64,000 nucleotides of DNA from Podarcis tiliguerta (lineage: Eukaryota): the NCBI GenBank assembly GCA_965153285.1, contig OZ229115.1; one strand, 5' to 3'. Below are positions 44,717 to 55,510 of the stretch, piece by piece. The notes beneath the pieces are model-generated. The model saw nothing but the letters and a program-made list of their open reading frames with translations, was not told the DNA's origin and searched no databases. Position 1 is the first letter of the stretch; each line of letters opens with the position of its first letter. Made by a program: the position numbers and the translations under genes.

Positions 44717-44747
44717 TTTATTTTTAAAAAGCTTATTTTGTTTTATT
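44717..44747 (-). terminator. Probable PSRC1 polyadenylation signals
   Basis: Two TTTATT (AATAAA on -) at 44717-44722 and 44742-44747, about 300 nt past the predicted stop. Confidence 0.55.
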
Positions 44748-45041
44748 AGAAAAGTAGATATTTTAACAAACATAAGCACAGTACAGACAGACATACCTAA
44801 TCATATAGCAGAGGTTCTACAAGGCTGACCTGTAGTCCCTCCAGGTAATCGTTTTGACTCCCAATTCCCACCAGCCCTCAGCCAGTGATCATGGAGGTGT
44901 GGTTCTCTCTGTCAGCAAAGCCTTGGCCATGTCTCCCAGGCTGCAGCTCCTCCTTCACCATGCAAGTTTCGGCCATACGTTAACAGCACCCAGGAATGTC
45001 GTTAAAAGGGAGAGAGCAGGCAATGCTCCGTGGTTTCACAC

Positions 45042-45072
45042 TCATCCAGCCCCAGATCTGTTCACTGCAAGG
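45042..45072 (-). CDS. PSRC1: PSRC1 terminal coding segment
   Basis: T-rich acceptor tttcag|C CTT GCA GTG AAC AGA TCT GGG GCT GGA TGA. An alternative acceptor 8 nt downstream is possible. Confidence 0.55.
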
Positions 45073-48000
45073 CTGAAACATAACAAAAAACAAAAACATG
45101 AACCCAGGCCCTGGCAGTGATGGAGGAGATCTATGGTAGAAGCCCAGCAGGTATAAGCAGCCTTTGAAAAGAGCCTCACCTCGACTTGCCAGAGGTTGCC
45201 TTCTTGGGCAGTCGCAGCCTGCTGTTCTGAGAAGTGCCAGAAGGGACTGTCTGTTGAAATGCAGGCGCTTTAAGGGGGGAGAGAAATTCAAGAGATCGGC
45301 ATGTAGGAGGTCAGAACAACTGTGATGCTTTGAAAAAGGCCCATGTCCCAATAGTAGAACTACTGCATGCAAAAGGTCCCAGGTTGAATCTCCAGCATCT
45401 ACAGGTAGGACTGGGAAGGACCTCTGTCTGAAACTCATCCCCAGTGCAGGCGGTTCTGAGTTAAATGGGCCAATAGGCAGTTCCTAAAAGAAGTGGGACG
45501 CGGGTGGCGCTGTGGGTTAAACCACAGAGCCTAGGACTTGCCGATCAGAAGGTCGGCGGTTCAAATCCCCGTGACGGGATGAGCTCCCGTTGTTTGGTCC
45601 CTGCTCCTGCCAACCTACCAGTTCGAAAGCACGTCAAAGTGCAAGTAGATAAATAGGTACCGCTCTGGCGGGAAAGTAAATGGCGTTTCTGTGCACTGCT
45701 CTGGTTTGCCAGAAGCGGCTTAGTCATGCTGGCCACATGACCCGGAAGCTGTACGCCGGCTCCCTCGGCCAATAAAGCGAGATGAGCGCCGCAACCCCAG
45801 AGTCGGCCACAACTGGACCTAATGGTCAGGGGTCCCTTTACCTTTAGAAAGAAGTGTGCATTTGCCAGGACAATTTTAGTTCAGCCATTTCACTCTGTGT
45901 TTCCCGGCTTGGTTTGGGGGTTTGTTCATGGTTTCCAGGGATGGAAACGGCTTGGAACAAAGTTGGAAATTGCAGCTGAAGTTGTTTAGTTGAAAACTGA
46001 ATGATCTGAAGGTGTGTACACACTCACACACCAAGTGATGGCACCTTGAGAGCCAGTCGTAAATAAATATGCAAATAATGGGAGGAAGGGAACACAGTCC
46101 AGAGGCAGAGCAGTGTACTGATGCAGGTCATGCTAATGGACCTATATCCGATTGAGCACCAGCATTTGCTCCACAGGAGTCCAGCCATATCATTCACAGC
46201 TGAGGGACGCTTGGGTGTCCTGCCTTCCTAGAAGCACCTTTGCAAACAGGACCACTAGGAAAGGGCCACAGCAGAGCATCTACCTTACATGCAGGTTGCC
46301 CCAGGTTCAATCCCTGACACATCCAGGTAGCCTTGGGAAAGATGCCTGGAATCCTAGAGAGCTGCTTCCATTCACTCTAGGCTGTACTGAGCTAGAAGCA
46401 CCAGCAGTCTGACTACATAAGGCAGGTTCCTATGTTCCCACCAGCTTCCCTCAAAACCCTCTCAGTGTTTTCTTCCATTTCCTCCCAGAAGATCCTTCCT
46501 GCCAGATCCCACTCCCAAACCCAGTGACTTAAGCTGCCTGGGTCATTCTGGAACTGCATGCTTACTGTTAGAGTTTAACACTGGCAGTCTGCTTGCCAGC
46601 CCAGACTTGGCCGTGTTCCTGGTTCGAATCTCACGACAACTGCTGTGAGGCTTGTAGCTGGCCTGCAATTGTGGGGCGCTGCCACCCATACTTGTCACCT
46701 GACCTGCAGAGAAAAAGAGAAAGAAGGCATAAACAGATATGTTGATAAGGAGCGACCAGCAGAGGTTGGGCACTTAGCAGTTGTGGGAGAAGAGACAGAA
46801 GCTGTCTTACGGCACACATAGACTTTCTGAACAAGCATGAAACAAAAGTCAGACAGTTTTCACAGCAGGGGCAAACAAGCTATGGGAGCCCTCTAAGAAT
46901 CTGCACAGGGACCAAATCACACATTTCCAAATAAATAGTGTCTTCTGCTGCAGACACGAAGCCTTCAAGACCAGACATTTAAGTACTAAGCACCTGGTAA
47001 ATAATGGGTGTGCCAGGTTAAGAACTGAATTTTATAATTTCACCGCACGTTCCTATACATATATACTCAGAAGTCAGTCCTATTGGGCCTCATTCAAGTG
47101 ACGAAGTTCCACTAGGAGAAGCTAAAACAACAGGGTTCCCCCCCCCCCGTGCCTCCCAAAATTGGCTGGCAGCTTTGGGGAAACCCCAGAACAGCACATG
47201 ATGGGGGCGGACCATTCTGCCCAGCAAGCTGAAAAGCTTGCACTGGCAGAATTATTGCCATAGCACTACTTTGAATCGAATTCCTCCCAATGGGTTCAAT
47301 GGGACTTACTGCCAGGTAAGGGTGAATAGGATTGCAAGCTCAGTCTGCATCAGCAAGGCAACACTTACGCCCAATTCTGTGCTCTGGTGTCTTCATACTG
47401 GGCACTGACCTTTCATGGGAGTGGGAGGGAGAAGAAGACTAAATCCAAATGATGCACTGTCTACCACAACTTACTTGCATTTGCCTTTGGGAGATGCGCC
47501 ACCTTTTCTGGCGCAACAGAGGCCTTCTTCACAGGACCAGTCTTCAGCGGATCCAGCCTGGGGCCCAGCCTTGCTTTTGCATATGGTACTGGTTTTTTAC
47601 CTTTGCTAGGTGGATCCTGAAGGCCGAGCTAATGCAGCAAGATTTTTAAAAGAAGAGCAAGCTATGTCAAAAGCAGCCACCACTATGGTTATTTCTCCCT
47701 AGTCAAGTGGGGAGAATGCAAAAAAGCAACTATCTCTTGGAAATGGCTGCTTAACATTAACAGCAGTTGCACTGGAGTACATCAGGCCTGGCTGCAATGG
47801 CTGCATGTGTGTGGACAAACTGAGTTGCACAAGTAACATGCAGGAGTTCCATTTCCAGAATGTACATTCACATTAACAAAGGTAAACAGTGCTAGGCACG
47901 CCTGTAGACGTTAGTTTAGGGAACCTATAGTCTGCATACTGTTAAAGAACATAAGAACCCTCCTAGGTGAGGCCAATGGCCCACCTAGTCCAGCATCCTG

Positions 48001-51000
48001 CTCTCATCACAGCCAACTTGTGGGAAGACACAAAGCAGGACCTGAGCACAACAGCACCCTCCCTGCCTGCAATTCCCAACCACTGACATGCAGAGACCAG
48101 TGTTTGAAACTCCCATTGTTCCAGGCACATTTCGCGACAGGGAATTTAAATAGCATGAGCAGTTTCTGAGCTCTGGGTGCAGGACTGAGCCTAAGATTTC
48201 AGATTAAAACTGCAAAGTAGAAGGAAAGGAGGACCTTTTTCTACCTCCCCACTTCCAGGCACTCTCTGAAGACTGGAGAAGAGACCCTCTCAAGAATATT
48301 AGGGGGGTGGACAGGGGAAGGACTAGAGCATGTGAAAAATGAACTCTGGCTGCAGTTCATTCATTTTCAGCTTTGTATTCTTGTTATAAAAAAGCACGCC
48401 TAGACATTCCGTTGTTGCGCCCCTAACCTAGATTTAAGGAGCCATTTTGCTCCTAGCTTTCATATCTCGGTTTCATTGGAGGTGGAATCCTAGCCATTGT
48501 GGTTAGCAGCCATTCACAGTCCCACCCCTCCACTAATTTGTTAAAGACATCCAAGCAGGTGGTGATCACTACCTCGTGTGGGAGTGAATAGTTCAACTAT
48601 GCACAGTGTGAAGAAGTGCTCTGTCCTGAATATTTTTGCACTGAAAGATATGCCTAATTCTACCCTGCCTGCTGTGTGTGCCCCTCCTTGGTACCGCCCA
48701 TCAGAAATACCTGGGATCCCTCCGAAGAAGAGGCCTTGCCAGAAGATTTCTCTGTTTCCCTCCAAGGCCCCTGCCTGTTGGTTTGAAGGGGAGGCCTCAG
48801 ACTTGGCAGGGGCTTCTTATTTTGCGTGGGAAGGGTGGGTGGAGTTGCTCTTTCCTTCCTGCTGGACCTGGAAATTGTCTGCGACAAAAGACACAAGAAA
48901 CAGGCTGGAGCTTTGGAAAAGAAGTGGGAACAAGCTATACACCTCTGAGAAGGACAACTTGGAACCCTGGAGCCTTCTGCGTGAAGGTGCCCTGGGCCCA
49001 GGCTGTTTCTCAGCCCTGGGAAATTACTCAACAGAACGTGGGTTGGAGATCAGATTCAATAGAAGATCCCTCACCAAATGCAAGTGTAAACAGCATGATT
49101 CATAGGGCATTTGCAGCTACAGAAACTGACTGTGTGTCTTATTAGAAACAAGTCCCATTTAGTTCAGTAGGATTATGCCAAGCTAAGTGGGCACAGAGTT
49201 GCAGACTGAGTCACAGCTAAGAGTAATTGGCACATGCAAGCTCAGGAAGAGAATCGGGATCAAAGCCAGGGATTCCCTGAGCACACACTTTGTGCCCCAA
49301 ATGAAATTTGCATTGGCCCCGCTCCTGCCACCGTACCTTTTTAATGTCCAGAGATTTTGTTGCTGCCAGTGACTTGAGTGGCTGATTGGGCCGGGATTTC
49401 TTGGGGAGCTGGGTGTTGGGGGTGCAGGCATTTGATTTATTCTGGCGTCTTTTGGGAACAGGTGGGTCTGCAACACAGGATGTAGGACTTCCCATGTCTG
49501 GAAGCGGAGCTTTGGGGGAACCTACAGAACAGCAGCTTTCGGGTCCCACGGTTGGCAGCAGGGCTTGCAGAGGGCTGTTGCTCACATTGAATGTCCTTCG
49601 TCTGGGGGCCCTTGAGTCCTTCCGCACCGCATGCAAAGATTCAATGGAGGGCAAAGGCTCAAAATCTGGAACCATCTCAAGCCTCGTCTCAGAGCTGCCG
49701 TTCTCCTTCTCCAGCAGCTCACACCCCTCCATCAGCGCAGCCAGCCTGTTGGCTTCACTCATCATCTCCTCTAGCTTTTCGGGACTCAGAGGGCTCCACA
49801 ACAAGGCCTTGCCTTCACTCTCCCCCCCAAAAAAGTTCGTGTCAATTGACTGGGCCGCACACCTTTCGCTGGATTCTGTGAGGCAAATGCCAGAGACCTC
49901 CTCCTCCTCCTCTTGTCTGAAGCAAGAAAGTCAAAAATCAACAGGGAACCGCATTGGGCAAAATATACAAGCACTGTGCAAAAAGGAATGCAATGAAAGA
50001 GGCTTCCCATCCCACAGAAGAATTCAAAGCATCGGTTTTGGGATAAAATCTGAATAAAGCTTGTGAACGCTAGTGCTTTTTCTTTCTTTCTTTTTATCCA
50101 TTTTTATTAAATTTTCCACTTTAACAATCCAATCAAATCACATTAAATATTCCAGATTATACATATCAAATAATCTGAAAATTCTGCCAAATTACAAATT
50201 TTTAATAGGACTTCCCATGCTTCAAGTTCGGAGGGTTCTGATCATCTCATACTTCTGAACGCTAGTGCTTCAAATGACTAGTCTTTGATTTCTGATTAGA
50301 AATGTATTATTTTATTAACACAGCAATCTGCAGGGGGTTGGACTAGATGACCCTCGGGACCCTTCCAAATCTATGATTCTATGGCACTGGAAGGTTTGGA
50401 TGTGGCCGGGGTGTCCTTCTGCCTAGCCCCAGCCAGCTGGCCTCAGCCTCTGCTGCTGGGAGAAGCCCCATCCAAGTGGGGAAGAGAAGCTGCCACCAGC
50501 TGCACCCCCAAAGCCAGCACAAATCCCCAAAGCAGGGAGTTTCCGGAGCAGGACTGGGCTGGCACAGGGTCTGCTGGTACCTGTTGGCAATGGACCTGAT
50601 CCAGCCTCTTTGCTGAGTCAGCTGGCACAGCAAGAAGGCATTCTCTCCCCTCCCTTTCACCCTGGCTGGCGTTAGCAGCAGGGCTGTGGAAGTGGCAATG
50701 ACTGAGTCACTCCATGAAGCCCCACAGCTGTGGGCCAGGATCTTGGACTGGCCCCTTATTGAGAAACAAAACTTATAGACTGCCCTTCACTTCAAAGTAA
50801 TCACAGGGTGGTTTCCAACCAGGGTGGATAAAAATCAATGATTTTTTTTAAAAAAAAATAATCAAAATCTGATTTTTAAAATATTTAAATCGGATTTTTT
50901 AAAAAAATCTGATTTTAAAAATAAAATGCTTTTGGGCGAAAAATCTTTCTAAAGATAGTTTTCTATTTAAGTTACATTATAGTCCAAAGGCTATTCATCA

Positions 51001-53563
51001 GGAAATAAGGATTTGTTTTAAGTTTTTCATGTGTGGTAAAACTCAGTCTAAGTTTATATATATATATATAAAATGTTTAAACACATCAGTTAACAAACAT
51101 CGATACATATCCTATAATGTTATTGCTTTAGTTAAATAAATTGTTTAAATTGTTATTAAGGAAATGATTATTTTTCTCCTTCCAATAAAGTACAGCAAAA
51201 AAGTTGTCCAAATATAAACAGTTAACTTATTAAATCTCACAATAATTTCATAATTATCTGTCTATGTATTTCTAATAGTATAACCAAATCAGTAATTTAT
51301 GATATAACTGTAAAAACTACTCTGAAAATTTATCATTCCAAAAATGAAACCTTCCTCTTGTTGTAAATATTAAGATTATACCAGCAAGAATGAGTCTTTC
51401 TGTAAAAAAAAGAAAAAAAGATTTAAATCAAGTCTTAGTGACTAGTGATTTAAATCGATTTGATTTAAATCAAATCCACTCTGTTTCCAACATAGTGGGA
51501 AAGATTCAACGACATGCTATTCAAAGCTTCCCCACATTCCTCCCCATGATCTGGGGGTTCTCCCAATCTGGAGGAGTGGATTTGGGCGAGTTGTGGGGCC
51601 GTGGGGAGAAAGGCCTCACTGTGCTGGTGGGAGCCATTGGGGTGGCTTCTGCAAGCACTTTGGGTGGATCTGGCCCAGTAACTAAAATCATAATACCAAT
51701 AAAATAACCCATACTAAAATACCCTTATATTACAGATAAAACAGCAGCATAACAAACAGACTAAGACTTTAGGTACCAGCTAGTACCAGAGTGACTTAAG
51801 TATCTCTAAAACCTTGCAGGAATAAGTATCTTTCAACCAGGCATTGCAAGCTTCTCCAGGGAGAAGAGTGTTCTAAAGCAGGAAAGTGACTACAGTGATA
51901 CCATGGTTCCCAAACAGCTTGGCTCCTGAACAAATCAGCTCCTGAACGCCACAAACCCAGAAGTATTGTTCTGGCTTGCGAACGTTTTTGGGAAGCCAAA
52001 CATCTGTTTTGGCTATCAGGATTGTTTCCAGGGCCAATCAGAAGCAACACCTTGGTTTGCAAACGTTTTGGAAGTCGAACGGACTTCCAGAACGGATTGA
52101 GTTCGGGAACCAAGGTACCACTGCACAGCAAAAGGATGCTGCACATTACATTTGGACCTACAGAAATTGTTTCCATCAGAACCTGCTCACAGCTGTGACA
52201 CGTCATTCTGTTCCAGTGTCTCCCTACAAAAGGAAAGGGACAGGTCTTTCTACGCAGGCGATTGATCCATTGATACATACTAGCAGTGCAGACATACTTT
52301 AAGCAAGTACTGCAGCCTTGCTACAGATTCTGACAGACCTGCTTAATGAAGCCTTACAGTAGCTATTTACAGATTTGGGGGTGGGACAGGAGAAGTCGCC
52401 TGTGTACTGCCACATACCCCAATTTATATCACCAGGGATTAGATTTGTCAATGAACCTTACCCGTCAAAAGAAGAAGACTGACTAAAATCCAGTCTCTCA
52501 TCAATAATAAATTTTATATCTGGAGAAAAAGAATAAATCATTATTATTACAAGTACTCACTGAGCCCTGACTACCTACCTGCTCATATTACCAACTTTAT
52601 GCAGGAATCACCACAATTACCACCTCCACACAAGCTGGAGTCCTCCCAGTGAAAGGTAATTCCTGGCTTGCAGTAGAACTGAGATTTTCTCAGTTAAAAT
52701 GCTTGGGTATTAAAGATGCCATTCCCAAAACTGTGTGGGGAATATTTTGCAGAACAGGAAATTAAAACACGTGTATATTCTTGATCCACTTCCCATGAAT
52801 ATGTACTGAGAACGGTAGAAAGTCAGAATACCAATGCTAAGGGAAGCTGAACTTGTACAACTAACAGCCCGGCCCTATGCAGAATTAGATGCACCCAAGT
52901 TAACTGAAATCACTGGATTAGGTGCACCTAGTTCTATAGAAGATCTGGCAGCAAGATGTGCTCTAAATATCGCATGACATAAAAATAATAAAACTCCACT
53001 TCCTCAAAATATTTCAGTTTACATGCAGCCCCTGTGTGCATAATATATATATATGGGGTAGGGAGAAGATTGTTGATATAAAATTCAGAAATGAGTTGCT
53101 TTGGACCTAAGTAGTATACACTGAACTAGTCAGAAACCAAAATCAATGCATCCAGTTAGAAAGTTGTGAGTAGCAATTCACACACACAAACTAGGCCAAA
53201 CCATGACTTAGCATGAATGAGCAAACATGAGCTGTTCCTTCAGTTCTGCTGCTCTGGGCTAAACCATACTTTGGCTTAGCATTACATTCAAACCTTGAAC
53301 AAAAGTTATAGCTCATGCTTTGTCTGGAGTGATACAAACTATGAGCTTGGATTCATACCTAGTGTTAAGCCAAACCATAGCTTAGCCCTAAATTGGTGGC
53401 AGCAGCAGGACCAGGGAAGAGGTGAAGCAGCTGTGATCTTTGCTACAGGAACCCACACATTTGCTTGTTTGTAGTAAGTCATGGTTTGCCTTAATGTTAC
53501 ATATGAATCATGTCATAGAGTGCAACGGATATTCCAGTGCTCACCTTCGTTTGGCCACTCCAT
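45042..53563 (-). CDS. PSRC1: Proline/serine-rich coiled-coil 1 (DDA3; GTSE1-N family), about 407 aa, gene span
   Basis: The N-terminus MEWPNEDIKFIIDERLDF and the motif WSPLSPEKLEEMMSEANRLAA..RRRTFNVSNSPLQALLPTV resemble recalled human PSRC1 (DVRFIVDETLDF; LSPEKLEEILDEANRLAA; RRETFVLKDSP..LLPTV). Eight coding exons sum to 1224 nt. It lies tail-to-tail with CELSR2, as in human. Confidence 0.9.
45180..45267 (-). CDS. PSRC1: PSRC1 penultimate coding exon
   Basis: taaag|PAFQQTVPSGTSQNSRLRLPKKATSGKS|gtgagg; resembles the human C-terminus SNLQPPRKVAVPGPTR. Confidence 0.7.
45495..45846 (+). mobile_element. Full-length Sauria SINE (different subfamily from the 3872 copy), antisense in a PSRC1 intron
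   Basis: GGGACGCGGGTGGCGC head, cctttaccttta tail, TSD AAAGAAGT(G). Confidence 0.92.
46258..46438 (+). mobile_element. Old tRNA-derived SINE
   Basis: agagcatct..catgcag..ccaggttcaatccct B-box; tail ataaggcaggttcctatgttcc; a related copy lies at about 45345-45486. Confidence 0.55.
46566..46703 (-). CDS. PSRC1: PSRC1 exon containing SRLP (SxIP-type) motif
   Basis: Strong acceptor; QVTSMGG...AKSGLASRLPVLNSN|gtaagc; 138 nt. Confidence 0.78.
47475..47616 (-). CDS. PSRC1: PSRC1 exon
   Basis: DPPSKGKKPVPYAKARLGP...HLPKANA|gtaagt; 142 nt; the only open frame is the one the phase requires. Confidence 0.68.
47947..48632 (-). mobile_element. CR1 LINE 3' fragment interrupted by another insertion
   Basis: agaacataagaa..ggcccacctagtccagcatcctg and tagccattg..tgtgtgaagaagt are the reverse complement of a CR1 3' end. 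Confidence 0.5.
48711..48878 (-). CDS. PSRC1: PSRC1 exon
   Basis: Strong pyrimidine tract, cgcag|TISRSSRKERATPP...SSSEGSQ|gtattt; 168 nt, phase 0-0. Confidence 0.72.
49337..49916 (-). CDS. PSRC1: PSRC1 large exon (conserved N-terminal/coiled-coil region)
   Basis: QEEEEEVSG...LWSPLSPEKLEEMMSEANRLAA...KSLDIKK|gtacgg; 580 nt. Confidence 0.92.
50329..50383 (+). mobile_element. 5'-truncated CR1-type tail (same tail as the SINEs at 2326 and 37814)
   Basis: tgcagggggttggactagatgaccctcgggacccttccaaatctatgattctatg. Confidence 0.7.
50820..51483. mobile_element. AT-rich non-autonomous hAT transposon (664 bp)
   Basis: TIR CAGGGTGGAT/ATCCACTCTG, perfect 8-bp TSD TTTCCAAC (50812-50819, 51484-51491), subterminal GATTTAAATC repeats. 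Confidence 0.88.
51893..52123. mobile_element. Tc1/mariner (Tigger-like) MITE
   Basis: TA+CAGTGATACC ... GGTACCACTG; inverted relative to 13300-13532. Confidence 0.72.
52462..52519 (-). CDS. PSRC1: PSRC1 exon
   Basis: DIKFIIDERLDFSQSSSFDG; 58 nt; ag/gtaagg. Confidence 0.9.
53545..53563 (-). CDS. PSRC1: PSRC1 first coding segment (whole exon 53545-53580)
   Basis: tag|gatggttcctgaaaaacATG GAG TGG CCA AAC GAA G|gtgagc; strong Kozak context. Confidence 0.8.
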
Positions 53564-54899
53564 GTTTTTCAGGAACCATCCTACATGAAAATAGCATGAA
53601 TTTGGGTTTGGCTTGATAAGTTTTGGGTTTGATTTGGTTTGTGAAATTTATGCTGCGAATTGGTTACCAGAAAGTGTTGACAAACAGTGAAAGAAAGACA
53701 AATACAACATTTTGCTGTAGTTCATTACTAGAAACCTAATTTGGTACATTTTTTTAGTAGAAGCTGCAGATTTGTATTGTTCTCTCTGCATTTTCTCACC
53801 TGCTGTTCCTCTCCCTCCACTCCCCCTACTTCCCATATCCTATTTCCATTTGTAACCTACTTAGAAACAGCTTTCTGAATTGTAGCTAGGCTAGCCTGCT
53901 TAGCAGCAATAACGGTCTTTATGGGATATAAGGTAGCTGTACCTCCGATACGCCTCTCTCCTCCGTCTCGAATCACCAGTGGCTTTTCTGGTTTTAAAGG
54001 GAGAGCAATCACCGGGCGTTCACTCCAACATTAAGTATGCAAAAGCACCTCCCATTGCCGCTGCAAATAAAGCCTTTTCCGGTCCTCTCTCCCCGCGGGT
54101 TTGCTTTTTTGTGAGAAGTCTTAAAAAGATGAATACCAAAGCATGCTCACTGTATGGTGGCTTTGAAGCTAGTCGTAATTAAAGGTATCCTGGATCCTTC
54201 CCGCCCCAACTGAATAAAATGCAGATAGCAGTGTTGACATGAGGCCGGACGGGGTAACCAGCAATATCCGCTCATTTTTCCTTCTCCATTAATTCTGCAA
54301 TGCAGCCCGTGAGTCTAAGGTAGACGCCAGCATCCAGACTAACCAGACTTGTTTTAGAAGTGCATTCATCACTTATCTGCCCTAAGTTTGGTAGCGAGGG
54401 ATGTTTGGGGCTTCTCCCGCTCATTGCCATAATGTTTATAAACACTGGCAAATGCTTCTGTGTCGGGACCGATGTCTCTGATCTTCTCTCTTGCCTTAGT
54501 CAAACCACTGGCGGGAGTTTGCTTTCTCCAAGGCACGCTTCATGGAAAGGTGCAAGGCGCTGCTGGCATTGCGCCGATGACTAAAGATGTTTTTCTTTGC
54601 TCAGAGGATTTAGGAGCCTCTGCTATTTGAATACCCGGTTTTACTGCTTCGTGAATGTTAGCATGACATTTGGGTTGCTTTATTCTGTCGTGCACAGCAT
54701 TCCTATCGTTTTAAGTAAAGGAGTCGAACGTTTTCTCTAAATAAGCCCCTCTGCGTTCAGTGAGGACTTCAGTTCCCAGAGAAACGTGCACCGGATAGCA
54801 GCCCTAACTCCTGAGTAAAGTAAACATGCTTTTAGGACTGGGCTGTTAGGGGGGGGGGGGGAGAAAAAAGACGCAGCTGCTGATGGGCGTGTTAGTTTT

Positions 54900-55510
54900 G
54901 CCCGAAAGCAGTTACAGGCAAGAATTCCGAATTGCGAGTCCTCCCCCCCCCCACGCTCCGGCCCCAGGGAAATCCAGAACCCATTCACGTGCGGGCCCAG
55001 CCGCCATGCAACATGCAACCCCTTCCCGCCGGCGCGGGCATTTCCTCCCGCTCGCTCTCACCGCGAAGCTCCGGCGCTTTGGCAAGCGTACAGAAGAGGA
55101 GAAGCATAAACAAATTCGAATTTCCCCTCCCGCTTCGACGTCACAAAGACCCGCTTCGTTCCTGCGCGGTGATTGGCCCAAGGCTTGCAGGAACTTGTCC
55201 GCCGCGCCTCGGCCTTCGTTTCCCCTGGAGCGAGGGGGCGGCATACGCAGCTGCACCGGAAGTGTGCTCTGCCAGCTTGGTTCCCCCGGCGGGAAGGTGT
55301 GTACGGCGTGGGGGAAGCATGGCTGCGGTGCCCCCCGATACGTGGCAGCCGCCCACTGTTTCTTTGGAGACTACGTGAGTGAGGGAAGGGCCCGGCCCAG
55401 TGGTAAAGTAACGTCGCCCGGTAGGGCTGGGGAAGAGTCTGGGACCCCGGAAGGCCAGTTAGCACAGATGACGCTGAGTCGGAGGGACCAATGGTCTGAC
55501 CCGGAACGAG
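54900..55510. promoter_or_regulatory. CpG island / bidirectional promoter shared by PSRC1 (-) and PPIL1 (+)
   Basis: The main CpG-dense stretch of the window. It holds a candidate PSRC1 non-coding exon 1 donor at 55061, CHR-like TTCGAA 55115-55120, CRE-like CGACGTCA 55136-55143, CCAAT on - 55172-55176, ETS/GABP ACCGGAAGTG 55255-55264, and the PPIL1 ATG at 55319. Confidence 0.85.
55319..55374 (+). CDS. PPIL1: PPIL1 exon 1 (coding part)
   Basis: [18 protein letters not shown]|gtgagt. Confidence 0.95.

Noticed and set aside
49386-50057. 223-aa plus-strand ORF
   Set aside because: Antisense shadow of the large PSRC1 exon.
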